Of a stretch of DNA of 64,000 nt, positions 1 to 12,267 are shown piece after piece. How positions within the stretch are numbered: the first letter of the stretch is position 1; the number at the start of each line of letters is the position of its first letter. The notes beneath the pieces are model-generated. The model saw only the letters and a program-made list of their open reading frames with translations. It made no database searches and was not told where the DNA came from. The position numbers were made by a program, and so were the translations under genes. The stretch is from Rhizaria sp. SCN 62-66 (taxonomy: Eukaryota): the NCBI GenBank assembly GCA_001724265.1, contig MEDY01000091.1, positions 1 to 64,000 of the forward strand, given 5' to 3'.

Positions 1-517
1 TGGTGGTGGCGGCGACAGTGCGAGTGTCGGCGCGGCCACGACCGCGGCTGCGGCGATGCTCCGGTCGCAGGCCATCAAGGCGGCCGCGGCGCAACAGCAA
101 CAGCAGCGGCAGCGGCGTGGTGGGCGGCGGCGCGGGCACCGGCCTCGGGCTCGCCAGCGGCGTTGGCTCCAGCAGCAGCTACATGATGGCCGGGTCTCCG
201 CACAGCCGCATGCCGCCGCCACCGCACGTGCGTTTCCCCAGCACCACCTCCTCGTCCTCAGCCACAGGCGCTGCAGGCGCAACGACAGGAGCGACGGCGG
301 CATCGGCCGCGGCTGTGGCTGGTGCAGGTGCGGCCGCGGCGGGGAGGAACCCCTTTGCGCTCATGGCCGCCACCGTGGGCGCCGCGGGCACTGGCGCCAA
401 TGCCGCCGCCGCTGGTGGTGGTGGTGGCGGCGACAGTGCGAGTGTCGGCGCGGCCACGACCGCGGCTGCGGCGATGCTCCGGTCGCAGGCCATCAAGGCG
501 GCCGCGGCGCAACAGCA
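1..517 (+). repeat. Identical 99-bp direct repeat (1-99 and 419-517), period 418 bp
   Basis: tggtggtggcggcgacagtgcgag...gcggcgcaacagca occurs twice. Copy 1 may extend beyond the window start. Confidence 0.95.
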
Positions 518-3012
518 CGGCGGCAGCGGCGTCAGCGGCGAACGGCACAAGCTCTAACAGCAACAGCAACGCAACAGCCGCAGCAGCTGCAGCGGGTGTG
601 GCTGCGGCTGGGGGCGCGGGCGCGGGTGCGGGCGCTGCTGGATCCGGTCAGTCGCGCAAAGTCAAGTTCTTCGGCGCTCCCGACAACGACAACGACGACG
701 ATGACGACGTGGATGACGTCGACGACGATGATGATGACGACGACGACGGCGGCCGCCGCAAGGGCGTCGTCAAGTTCGCCCTCCCCGGCGGCCCCAAAGA
801 CGGCCACGGCCACCACGGCAGCGCCAGTGCCGCCACCACGCCGTCCGCCGCTGCGGCGGCCGCGAGCGGCGCCAGCGGTGCCGGCGCGGCCAACGCGGCG
901 GCGCTGCGGCAGGGTCCGCCAGTGTCGGCCGCGGCGGCCGCGAGCCCGTTCCCGTTCACGGCAAGCATCCTGGGTGCGCAGTGGACCAAGCTGCAGAAGC
1001 AGCCCGCGCACACCGCAGGCGGCGCACACCCGCAGTCGGCCGCGGCGTCAGCGGCGGCGGCCGCGGTCGCCGCCGCGGCGGCCATCTCGGGCGGCGTGAG
1101 CGCGCGCGGCAAGCTCGCCGGCAGCGGCAGCAGCAACGCCACCGGCGCCAGCAGCAGTACCAGCGGCGCCGGCGGCAGGAAGGGCGCCGCGCTGGGCCGG
1201 AATGCCGCCGGCCACCCGGGGCTCGGCGCAGGCGTGACCGTGAACCCCGGCGCGGCGACTGTGGGCAGCGCGGTGACCGTGAGCGCGGGCGGGTCCAAGA
1301 CGCCCAGCCACAAGGCCGCCGCGGCTTACGCCAGCAGCGGCGGCGCCCCCGCCGCGGCCGCGGTGCATCCGTCGTCGGCCGTGGCCGGCAACACGGCGGC
1401 GGGCAGTGGTGCCGTTGGCGGCGTGGCTGGCGGCGTGACCGGCGGGGTGACTGGCGGGGTGCAGCGGCCGAGCCACGTGCGCACAAGCAGCACCGGCAGC
1501 GGCGTCGTCGCGGTGGCCCTCGCCATGGCCGCAGTGACCAACAACAGCAACAACAATAACAGCAGCGCTCGGCCTGGCAGTGGGGTCAATGCGGCTGCGG
1601 CGCAGCGACGGGGCACTCCGACGCGGCCCTTCTCGCACACCGCGACCTCGAACAGCAACAGCAACATGAACAACAATGCCGCGACTACAGCGGTTGCGGC
1701 CGCCTCAGCTGCTGCCGCTGCCTCCGCTGCCGCTGCAGCCGCCGCTGCCGCCGCCGCCGCGTTCGCCCCGGCCTCGGCCACCGCCGCCCCCGTCTCGCTT
1801 GCATTCAACTCTAATGCAAACGTCAACGCCAGCAACACCAACACCGCGAACTACTCTGCGTTTCCCCCCGCGAACGGTGGGACGAGCATCGCCAGCGGGT
1901 TTCCTTTCGCGCCGTCGCACGCGGTGACCGCGCTGCCGCTGCCCATGTCACCGCCGCAGGCCAGCGCCGCCGCCGCCGCCGCCGCCGCCAGCGCACGCGC
2001 TGCCGCACGCAACTCAGGCACCGCGGGCAATTCCAACAACGCCAGTTTTGCGCACGGCTATGCTGCGTACGGTCACTCTGCTCACGGTCACTCCGCTGCG
2101 GGGGCGGCGGGGGCGGCGGCGGCGCGGTCTCCGGTGTCGACGCCGAAGATGACCGTGGCTGAGGCGGCGCGGCTGGTGGGGCTGGCGGCCGACGGCAGCC
2201 CCGTCGCCACACACACGCCCGACCCCGCTCACGGCCACGGCCACGGCCACGGCGGGCACCACCTCGCGCAGCAGCAGCAACAGCAGCAGTATCCGTACTA
2301 CGGGAATGTGGGCAGCAGGAGCAGCGGCGGCGCCTTGCCCTCCAACGCCGCCGCTGCCGCTGGTAGCGCCAACGTGGCCGCACCCGCTGGCGTTGGCGGC
2401 GGTGCGCCGCAGATCGGCCTCACACAGTTCTATTCGCGCTACTTGCAGCGGCCCACGGTCAACGTGCCCGCCGCAGCACACAACGGCAACGGCAGTGACA
2501 TGGGCGGCGGCGGGCGGCTTAACCTCGGCGCCACCGGAGCGCGCCGGTCATCGGCGCACCAGTATCAGCAACAGTACCACCAGCAGCAGCAGCAGCAGCA
2601 ACAGCAGTACCAGGCGTACCCCACGGTCACCGGCACGGCAGCCTCGGGCGCGGCCGGCAGCAGCGCCAACGCCGGCATGGCCGGGGTCGGGGCCGCCGCG
2701 GCCGGCGGCGCTGGCGCGGCCGCGGGCCGCGGGGGACGCTCGACGCGGATCATGGCAGCCGGCGCCGCGGCCGCGGGGCAGCAGTCGCCGCAGGGGCAGC
2801 CGCAGGGCCAGCCGCAGGGCCAGCAGTACATCGCGTATGGCGGCAACAGCAACAGCAACGGCAACGGCGGCGCTGCGGCCGGGCTGGGACTGGGGCTGGG
2901 CAGGGGCGTGGCCGTCGCCGGGGCCGGCGCGGCGGCCGGTGGGGGCATGGGCCTCGGCACCGGCTCCGGCGCGGGCGCGGGTGCGGGTGCGGGGGCAGGG
3001 CGCAAGTGGTGA
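1..3012 (+). CDS. 3' part of a low-complexity Ala/Gly/Ser/Asn/Gln-rich protein of unknown function; 5'-truncated, with two apparent +1 frame breaks (~90 and ~510)
   Basis: Protein-like reading is in frame 2 (1-~95), frame 3 (~95-~510) and then frame 1 to TGA at 3010-3012. Composition drops sharply to AT-rich sequence after the stop. No recognisable domain. Confidence 0.7.
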
Positions 3013-3545
3013 GCGGATTCAGGCCGCACTGAGCCACGGTAACAGAATGGCGAAGAGTACTCAGTGCTGTTGAATCTGGGTAGCAACGCTCAGTAACGCT
3101 TCTTGACAGTCTGTCCTTAGGGATGGCATTGAGAAAAAAAGAAAAGAGGATGCGCTTGTCATACGACTTACACCGGAACATGTAAGTACCTGTGTGTGCT
3201 TGTTCGTTTGTACATATTCTTCTTCCCTAGGACAAAGCAACGCATCAATTGTTTATATAGCACATTGTTTCATTAACACTATCATTAATAATTAATAATC
3301 ACATAGATCCTTTTAAAAATACATCTACATTCGATTACAACGATCACAATATGTGACGTTTGCGTGCCTCGCACCCACACGTGAAAATATTAAATATTCG
3401 ACTACAGTCCAAGTTAAAGTGGATAATATAACTTCAAGTTATATTATGTATCATTCTTCGTATAATAGTTTCACGTGTGTACTTAATAAACAATTTTTTA
3501 CAACATCTTGCAAATTAATCAAGAGCAAACGTTGTTTCGTGATCC

Positions 3546-6500
3546 TTACATCTGCATTGCCGAGAGCAGGGCTTCACTGGACGCCCAGAGTCTCATCATC
3601 GCGCCCAGCCCAGCCGCATTCGCGTTGGCTGCGGCACCGCCGGCCTCATTGTGCGCGCCGTTAACGATCGCGGCGCCAGACGTGCTGACGGCGCCGCCCC
3701 GACCGACAACGCTGCTGCCGCTGCCGCTGGCGACCGCGGCGGCCACTGCGGTGGTCGCGACGAGCTTGCTGCCGGCGCCGGCCCCCGCAGCGTCGAGCGC
3801 GAGCGCCGAGGCGAGCTTCATGACGAGCTGCAGCGTCAGCGAGCTGATGATCAGCGCGCGCGACCGCGGGTCTGCGCCGCTCGCGCCCGCGGCCGCCCCA
3901 GCGCCTGCGGCGGCGTTGGCGCCCGGGGCAGAGCTGGGCGCGGTGGCGACGCGGCCCGTGGACAGGAAGGCCTTCATGAGCGCGCGGTGCGTGAGCGGGC
4001 TCTCGGCGCCGCCCAGCGAGAGCACGCCCAGCGCGTTGCTGTCGGCGGGGCCTGCGCAGGCGAGCGAGTCCTCCAGCAGGAACACGACGCCCGCGGGCGG
4101 AACGCCGACGCCGGCGCTGGCGCTGGCGCCCGAGCTAGAACTCGGGATGCTCGGGGCGTTGGGGTGGTTCGAGTAACTCGCGCTGCCGCTGCTACCGCTA
4201 CTGTTGCTTGTCACGAGGTTGAGTAGGAGGTTATGTGCGCGCGCATTGGCGAGAAGCCTGGGCTCACGTAGCAGTGCTAGTGCGGGCGCGGAGGCACTTA
4301 GCCCGGGTAAGTAGCTGAACCACGGCGTCGCGGGCAGCGCGGCGCGGGCCTGCAGCGGCATGTGCAACAACTGCAACTGCAACGCTGTCCCGAAGCCAAA
4401 CGAAAATGCCTTGCGACTGTGAGTGTTGCTGAGAGCAGCGTGCGCGGCGTTGATGGGCACCAGCGCGAGCGGATGCGGGTACCTCGACCGGCCACCGCTA
4501 CTCGTACTACCGAGCTGCTGAGAGCCCGCAAAGCGTCCCCACCCATTGCTCGCGTTGACGCCCGTTGTGCTGAAGCTATCGTTGGTGAGGCCGATGTTGC
4601 CGCTGCTTGCCGCCGCGAGCGCGGGCGGCGTGTGGGGCCTGACGGTAAGCAGGCGCGCGAGCAGCGCGGAGGACAGCAGCGCGGGCTGCCCGAAGCGCAC
4701 CGAAACCGGGACGTAGACGTAAGGCGACACGGCCAGTGCAGACACGCTCGCGCCTCCATCACCAGTGTTGGCGTTGCTGCTGCTGGTGTCGAAGTGGCAG
4801 TAGTTGTTTTCGTAGAGCGCGACGCCGCCCTCGTCGCGGCCGAGGCGACCGTAGACGCCGCCGGGGCCGTGCGCGTCGTCGCCGTTGTCGCCAAAGACGA
4901 GCTCGATCGCAGACCGGACTCTGACGCCCGCGGTGCGCGCGGCCGTCTTGGGCACGACCACGAAGTCGACGGTGAAGTACCCGCCGGCCGCGCTAATGCC
5001 GCTCGCGAGCAGACTTGCCGCGTTGCTACCACCACCCCCACTGCCGCCGGCAGAGCTGAGCGAGCCACGCTTGCGGCGGTTCGCCACAGCATCCGCGCTG
5101 TCGGCGGCCGCGGCCGCGGCGTGCGAGAGCGCGCTGGCGGCGGCGTAGGTGACGAGGGCGTTGCCGATGGCCGTGGTTGCCTCGGCAAGGCAGGCGCGGT
5201 GCAGCTCCTGCTGCGTCTGCTCCTGCACGCGCCACTCGTGCCACCCTGCGGCGGCCGCGGCGGCGGCGGCCGCCGCTGCTGCGGAGGCAGAGGCGGAGGC
5301 CGAGGCCGAGGAAGACGACGCGGAAGCCGAGGCGAGCGCGGCCGCGGTGGCGAGGGCGGGCGGCACGGGGATGGGCAGCGAGGACGGGGACAGCCAGCCG
5401 CCCGCCTTGAGGGGCTCGGAGAACACCTGGTCGCCCGTATGCACGACCCTCACGGCCACACTCTTGCCCTGCTTGCTGCTGCTGCCGCTGCCGCTGCTCT
5501 GCGCGGTGGTGGCAAGCGGCGAGACCCAGCCGACGGCGGTGGGCGAGGCGAGCACGCCCTCGAGTTTGGCCTCGATCGTGAGACCGCTCAGCGCCGTCGT
5601 CGGGGGCGCGAATCCGCCCACCGCGGTCGTCGCCGTCGCGCCCACGCCGCCGTCGCCGCCGCTGCCGCCGCTGGAGCTGTTGGCGAAGAAGCCGTGCGGA
5701 TGGCTGCCGCTGGAGACCGTGGGCAGCGCGGCAACCGTGAGCGTTGCACCGGCCGCGGCCAAGTAGCCCTTGACGCCGCCGGGCCAGCACGCGGGCGAGA
5801 CCAGGTGTGCGGCCTCGGGTAGGTGCGCCCGCAGCTCAGACATGACGAGGTCGAAACAATGCGCGCGCGAGCCGAGGCCCATGCCGCCGCCCTGCTGCTG
5901 TTGCTGCTGTTGCTGACTGGCGTTGACCGCCGCGGCGGCGCTGAAGTCGAACCCGCCGTTGGTGTTGTTGTAGTAGTTGTCAGTGTTGGGCTCGGCGCCA
6001 ACCCAGCCGCCCACGCCAACGCCGCTGTTGCTGTTGCCGTTGCCGTTGTTCACGGTCACGCCGCCGTCCGCGTCGCCCCAGGTGACGCCGCGCGTAACGG
6101 GCCGCGACGCCGCGCGCGAGGTGAAGGCTGTAGAGCTCACGCTCGCGGTCGCGCTCGAGAACGGGTCGCTGCTAGACTCGCCGCTGAACGCGCCCCCGCC
6201 GGCGCCTGCACTGCTGCCGGTGCCGCTGTCGGTCGCGATGCTGTTGCCCGCGTTGGCGGCCTGCGCGAGGCGGCGCCGCAGCCGCGCCTGGAGCTGCTGC
6301 TGCTGCGAGTGCAGGTGCTGCGCCTGCGCCTGCGCCGTGCGGGCTTTGACTGTGTCCGCCGCTGTCGCGGGGAAGCCGCCCGGCGCGCCGCCGTTGGCGG
6401 ACGGCGGGCCCTGGCCGGCGACAGCGGCGTGGCCGTACTTAGCGCTGGCCTCGGCTGCAGCGCCCGCCGCGGCCGCCGCGGTGAGCTGCTCGTTGGCGAC

Positions 6501-8058
6501 GTGCAGTGCCGCCAAGTCCTTAACTGAGGCGAGGCAGTGCGCATTGACTGTGAGCAGCCCGTGGCCCGCGAGCGCGCACGTGCCGCCGCGGCACGCGCCC
6601 TCCGCCGCGGGCTCGCCGCCGGCGGGGGGCCTGGCCTGCTGCTGCTGGTACAGGGGCGGCGCGGCGCGGCAGTCGGCGCAGGTGTCGAGCTTGAGCACCC
6701 AGGTCTTGATCCAGGGGTAGCGCGTGATCATGTGCGTGACGGCCGACAGCGCCGCCGTCACGGCCGCCGGGCCCGCCGCCGAGAGCGCACCGCCCGCGTT
6801 CGAGAGCGCAAGCGCGTGCGGGGCCGGGATGCCCAGCCCGGTGCCCACCGCGGTCGCGGGCGCGGAGCAGACGCCCGAGGCGGCCAGCGCGGCCAAGTAC
6901 GCGCAGTCCACACTGACGCCAGCGCCAGAGCCCGCGGGGCGAGAGTACGAGCTGCCCTTGTTGCTGGCTGCGCCGGTGTGCGTGCGGATGTAGGGCACCG
7001 AGGACAGAGGCGAGGGGAGGCCCGCGGCGGCGGTGACGAGCGAACGCAGCGCCCAGCCCGGCAGCGCCGTGGCCGCGACGGGCACCGGCGTGACCGTGGC
7101 GGGAGGCTGGAAGGCCGCATCGTACGCCGCTGCAGCCGCAGCCGCAGGGGACTTGACACTCTGGTCGACAAGAGCTCTGCCGCTGCTGCTGTTCGCAGGC
7201 AGGAACGCGGGGTCGACGTCGAGCGCGACTGGACCCAGCACCGCGACGCCCAGCTCCACGGCCAGCGCGGCGACGCCGTTGCCCAGCGCCAGCAGCCGGC
7301 TCGTCGAGTCCGCACCCGAGCCCGCGCCAGCCGCCGCGCCCGCCGCGGCACTGTGCCGGCGGCTGTACCCGTCGCCGTCCGCCCCCGCCCCGCCGCCGCC
7401 GCTGCTGGCGTGGCGGTGGCCGAGACGGAGCGTGTACACGGTCTCGCTGCGCGTGTGGTACGTCTCGCCGCCGCCCGCAGCGTTGCCGCCGCTGACGAGC
7501 GCGTTGGAGCGCGTGTGCGTAGCGACGAAGGTCGACGCCGAGGGCTGCGGCTGCAGGTGCCCGCGCGCGGCGCCCGCCGAGACGAACGCGACACGGCCCT
7601 TGGTCAGCGCGCGCAGCTTGGCTAGCAGCGCGGGGCAGTGCGTCGCCTTGTGCGCCAGCGGCAGCGCGCGGTAGTAGTGCACGTACGCGTCGTGGCACTG
7701 CGCCAGGTCGCCCGCCCACGTGTTCGCGCCGCCCGCCCCGCTGCTGCCGCCAGCGCCGGCACCGGCACCGAGTCCGACGCCGCGATGGGTCGAGGCGGCC
7801 GCGGCGGTGGCGGTGAGCGGCGAGGACGCAGGAGGACGCGCAGGGGCCGCTGCGGCGAGCGTGAGCGTGTGCAGCGCGCGCGTGGGCGGCATGTCCGGGC
7901 AGTGCAGCAGCTTGATACGGCTCGCGATCGCGTCCGTCGCGTACGCCTTGCCCAGCGTCGCAGCAATCGCCGCGCGCACGGCGGCCGCCGTCACGCCGCC
8001 ACTGCCAGAGGAGATCTCGGGACGGCTGCTGTCGTACGGGTCACCCTCTGCGTCAACG

Positions 8059-8093
<35 letters not shown>

Positions 8094-11000
8094 GATGATG
8101 TTGGCCTCGGCCGCAGCGGCGCGCGCGTTGGCGCGCTCGACGGCGCGCGCGGCGGCCAGCACAGGCTCCACAACGTCGTCGGGGATGCAGCTCGTGGCGA
8201 CGGCGACGAGGCGCTGCAGCGACTGCGCGATGAGCGCGAACCAGTACTGCTTGACGTGGGCCGGCACCGGGTACGGCAGCAGCAGCACCGCCTCGCAGAA
8301 GGGGTTCACGGCCGCCTCGAGCATCGGCGTCAGCGAGCCCGCGCTCGTGGGCGTCGACAGAAGCGCCTGCGAGCCGTCGTTTGCACTGGCGCCGGCGCCA
8401 GCAGCGCCGGTCGCGCCGCCAAGGCCTGATATCTTGCTGCCAGCGCCGTTGTTGGCGGTCGAGGGCACGAAGGCGTGCGGCGAGGACGATAGCGACGGCA
8501 GCGTGATGGCCACGTAGCGCTGCGCGTGCGACGGCACCTGCGCAGGCACCAGCCGACACCCAGCGCCAGTGCTGCCACTCGCGTTGGAGCGGCTGATGTG
8601 ATTGTTGTGACTCGTGCTGCTCGTGGTGGAGCGCGCGACGGTGGGCATCGCGAAGGACAGCAGCGCGCGCCAGCCCTTGTCGCGCCACAGCGACGGCATC
8701 ACGTTGCCGCCCAGCAGTGCCTCGGCGGCCTCGCCCTCAGCGTCGGCCTCGGGGTCCTCGGCGTTCGCGGGGTCGGCACTGTGAGCATTGCTGTAGGGCA
8801 GGCCGATGTCGAGCCAGGCTTCGCAGGCCTTTTCATCGCGCAGCATCGCATACGCACTCTTGTCAGCGCCAGCACCGCTGCTAGCCGTGCCCGCACTCGC
8901 ATCACTGCCCGTGCCGCTCTTGCCACTATTGTTGTTGGCGTTACTGGGACCGAGCGCGGCGCCGACCCAGGGCGCGTAGCAGTCCGCGACCCACGCGCCG
9001 ACCTTGCGGCCCTTGGCCTCGGTGACGGCGCCGCGGCCGGCGCGGCGCGCGCGCGCCAGGCGCCACGCGCGCTGCAGCAGCTTGGCGGCGCGCAGCCGCG
9101 TGCGCAGGTAGAGGTACAACCTTCGCGTGCGGACCATGCGCAGCGTGGCGAGGATCTTGACGCCCGCGGCGTGCGCGCGCGCCACGGTCGCGGGGTCCGG
9201 GTTGGGCCCGAAGAAGTGGGCCCAGGGGTCGGGGTCCGCCGTGACGGCCACGGTAAAGGCCCCCGCGTCGTCGCCGCCCGAGGCCGTGAGCGCGCGATCC
9301 GGCTCGGAGGCGTCGCCGACGGGCACCAGCGCGCGAGAGAGCGAGGACGACGTCGGCCGGCTACGGCTCCGCGCTCCGTGCGCCCCGTGGGCTCCGTAGG
9401 CGTCGTTCCCGCCGTTGGCGGTGCCGGTGAGCAGCAGCGCGCCCAGCTCGCGCACCTCGGCCGACGCCGACGCCGCCGCCGCCGCAGCCACGGCGCCCAT
9501 CGTGCTCCCGCTCACGCCGCCCGCGCCGGCGGCCACGCCCATCACGCCGGCCACGCCGCCGTTTCGGACGCCGCCGCGCACGGCGAGCCCGGCCATGTGG
9601 GCGTTGAGCGAGCCCCCGACGGGCGGCTTGACTTCCTGCGCGCGGTGATGAGGGTGCGGCTTGACGATCGCGCTGCCGGCGAGGGGCGCGGCCGACACGC
9701 GCGCCGTGCCCTGCGCCAGCGACGCCGCGTTGCCGACAGTGCTGCCGCCGGGACCGCCCGCGGTCGCGCGCGCTCCGCCCACGCCGCTGCCGCTGCTGGA
9801 GCCTGTGTTGGAGTGGCTGTGGGAGAAGGAGAGCTTGTCCTGCAGCGCGCGGAGGTCGCTTGTGGAGGACTCGAAGCAGCGAAGCAGGCGCAGCGCCAGC
9901 GGGCCCGACGCCAGCGACGCGCCCGCGCCCGCGCCGCTGGCACCGCCCGCGGCGGACGCAGCGGATGCGGCGGACGCGGCGGACGCGGTGGTGCGGTGGT
10001 AGGTGCCAGCTAGCCCCAGCCCCAGCCCCAGGCCCGGGCCCTGCTGCTGCGAGGCGCTCGCGTCGGAGCTCGTGACGCGGCGGGGCCAGGCTGCCGCGGC
10101 GGCCACGTCCCTGGCGTCCAGCCCCAGAGCCTTCTTGCCGCCGCTGCTGCCCCTCTGCTGTTGTTGCTGCTGCTGTTGTTGCTGCTGCTGCGCGGCGCTC
10201 ACACCACCCGTGCTGGTGGCGGGGGCGGGTGGTGGCACCAGCGCGCCGACACCCTCGTCCTCGGCCAGCAGCGTCACCTGGTGCCCACTCACGGTCCCGC
10301 CCGCAATCCCGTGCAGCGCGGCGAAGCGCTCCAGCAGCGAAAGCACGACCTCGACCGCGCCCCACAACGAGTGCGAGTGTGCCTGAAGGGGATTAGAAAC
10401 AAATAGGGATAGAGTTGGGGTATATGTGAGTGTTGATTGAAAAGTTGGAACTATGGAAGATAATTTGAACGCTGACAGTGAATGAGTGAAACACACGACG
10501 AACCTGGAAAAGCGAGAACTCTGGCGTGGCGCGCAAGAGGCGCCCGCCGGCCATCTGCAGCTGGTGCAAGTTGTGCGCGTGGATGAGGTCGCTGAAGGCC
10601 ACAGTCGCGCGCCCGTTCGCGGCCGCCGCGGACTGGCCGTGCGCGATTGCCGTGGTGGCGCCGGGGACGGGGTTGTACACCACGAGACTGCCGCCGCCAC
10701 TGTTGCCGCCGCCGCTGTTGCCGGCGGCCTCGTAACCGCTCGTCTGCTGGTTGTACACGAGCGCGCCGCCGCTGCTGCTGATGGAGTTGCCGCCGCCGCC
10801 GCCGCCGCCGCCGGTCTGCAGCGCGACAAGGCGCGCGACGTCGGTCACGGCAGCGGCGTCCGCTTCGGCCCCCGCGCCCGCGGACAGACCCTGCGCCGCG
10901 AGCGCGCTGGCCGCCGCGAGCAGCAGCCCTGAGCCCACGCCTGCGCCGGCGGTGTTGGCGGTCGGCGGGGACATCAGGGCCAGCTGCTGCTGCTGCTGCT

Positions 11001-12267
11001 GCTGGGCGTTGAAGGGGCCGTAGATAGCGCTGGGCTCTGCGCCGGCGCTCTTAAGCAGCCCGCCGCCTGTTGCGCCGCCGCCGCCGCCGCTTCCGCCGGT
11101 GTAAGTGAGCGCAGGGGCGGCGCTGCTGGACTCGAGGATGTAGGGAATGAACTCCGCCTTGGGCACCTCCCTGACCGTGCCCAACGCGACGTTGCCGCTG
11201 CCACTGCCGCTGCCACCGCTGCCGCTGCTGCCGCTGTTGTTGTTAATGTAGGAGTCGAGGTCGAAGCGCACGCCGGCCAGGTTCGCATCGTCGGCGCCTG
11301 TCGCCGTCACCATGCTGCAGCTGGTGGTGGCGATGCCGTTGTTGGGCGCAAAGCGGGCCTCGGCGGGCAGCAGCGGCACGGCGCAGCCCTGCAGCCCGCC
11401 GCCCAGCGCCGCGCCCGCCGCCGCGCCGGCGCCCGCGCCCGCAATGCTCGCGCTGCCGGAGCTGGCCTGCGGCGGCGCGATCAGGCGTGGCGCGCGGCTG
11501 CGGTTGTCGAGGCTGTGCGCGGCGGCGATGGCCTTGGCGCGCTGGGGCCCGACTGTTGCCGTCATGCGCATCCCTGTGCCCTGGGCGCCCCCGGAGGCGG
11601 CACTCGTGCTCGAAGTCAAGCCGCAGCCGCCGCCCGTGTTCGGGGCGATGCCGTAGTGCGAGCGAAGGAAGGCGGTGGCGTTAGGGCCAGTAGGGTCGTT
11701 GTTGAGCCACTGCGTAACGCGGCCCTGGCGCTGGCGGTCGCGCAGCAGCCCGTGCTGTGCCTTGCCAGCGCCAGAGCCGAAGCCGACGCCGGAGCTTGAA
11801 GCAGCGCTGTTGTTGCTGTAAGGAGAGGCGTTGCTGTAAGGAGAGGCGACGGGGGGCAGAGCGTATGGCACGTTGCCGCTGCTGGGGCCCGCAGCGGGAG
11901 AGAGCGCATAGCCGCTCTGCGGCTGCTGCGGCGGCGCACCGCTCGCGAGCGCGGGCGCGAGAGCGGCCGTGGTGGCGGCGCGGGTATGCTCGACGGCGCG
12001 CAGCACGACTTCGGCCTTGACGCGCAGGTCCGCCTCAGCGCGCGCCAGGACGTCCCGCAGCGACGCATATATGTCGCCGACCTCGGCCGGGACAAGGGAG
12101 GAGCCGGCGCCGGCGCTGGCGCCGCTGGCGGCGGCGGAGGAGAGCGAGGCGTCGAGGGGCAGCGCGTCGAGCCGCTGGCGGACGCGGCCCAAGTCGCGCT
12201 GCGCCTGGAACAATATGAAGCCGAAGTCCTCCGCGTTGCGCGTCGGATCAAACGGGGGCGCACTCAT
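3546..12267 (-). CDS. IQCH: IQCH-like (IQ motif-containing H) protein, ~2866 aa; exons 12267-10504 and 10382-3546
   Basis: N-terminal DFGFILFQAQRDL block; HQLQMAGGRLLRATPEFSLFQ|AHSHSLWGAVEVVLSLLERF spans the splice junction; IQ-like motif AAKLLQRAWR (~9060-9090); ATP-grasp-like blocks TWVLKLD, TIEA..SPT, DQVFSEP and GYFTVDFV in the expected order. A phase-0 intron joins the two ORFs. Stop is TAA. Confidence 0.75.
8058..8093 (-). repeat. (AAC)n microsatellite encoding poly-Asn in the IQCH-like gene
   Basis: About 12 GTT units on the + strand. Confidence 0.9.
10383..10503 (-). other. Spliceosomal intron, 121 nt (IQCH-like gene)
   Basis: CAG|GTTCGT ... CTAAT ... CTTCAG|GC; AT-rich; restores the frame. 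Confidence 0.9.

Noticed and set aside
10504-10829. N-terminal part of the 2427-aa ORF
   Set aside because: Off-frame overlap with true exon 1 of the IQCH-like gene.
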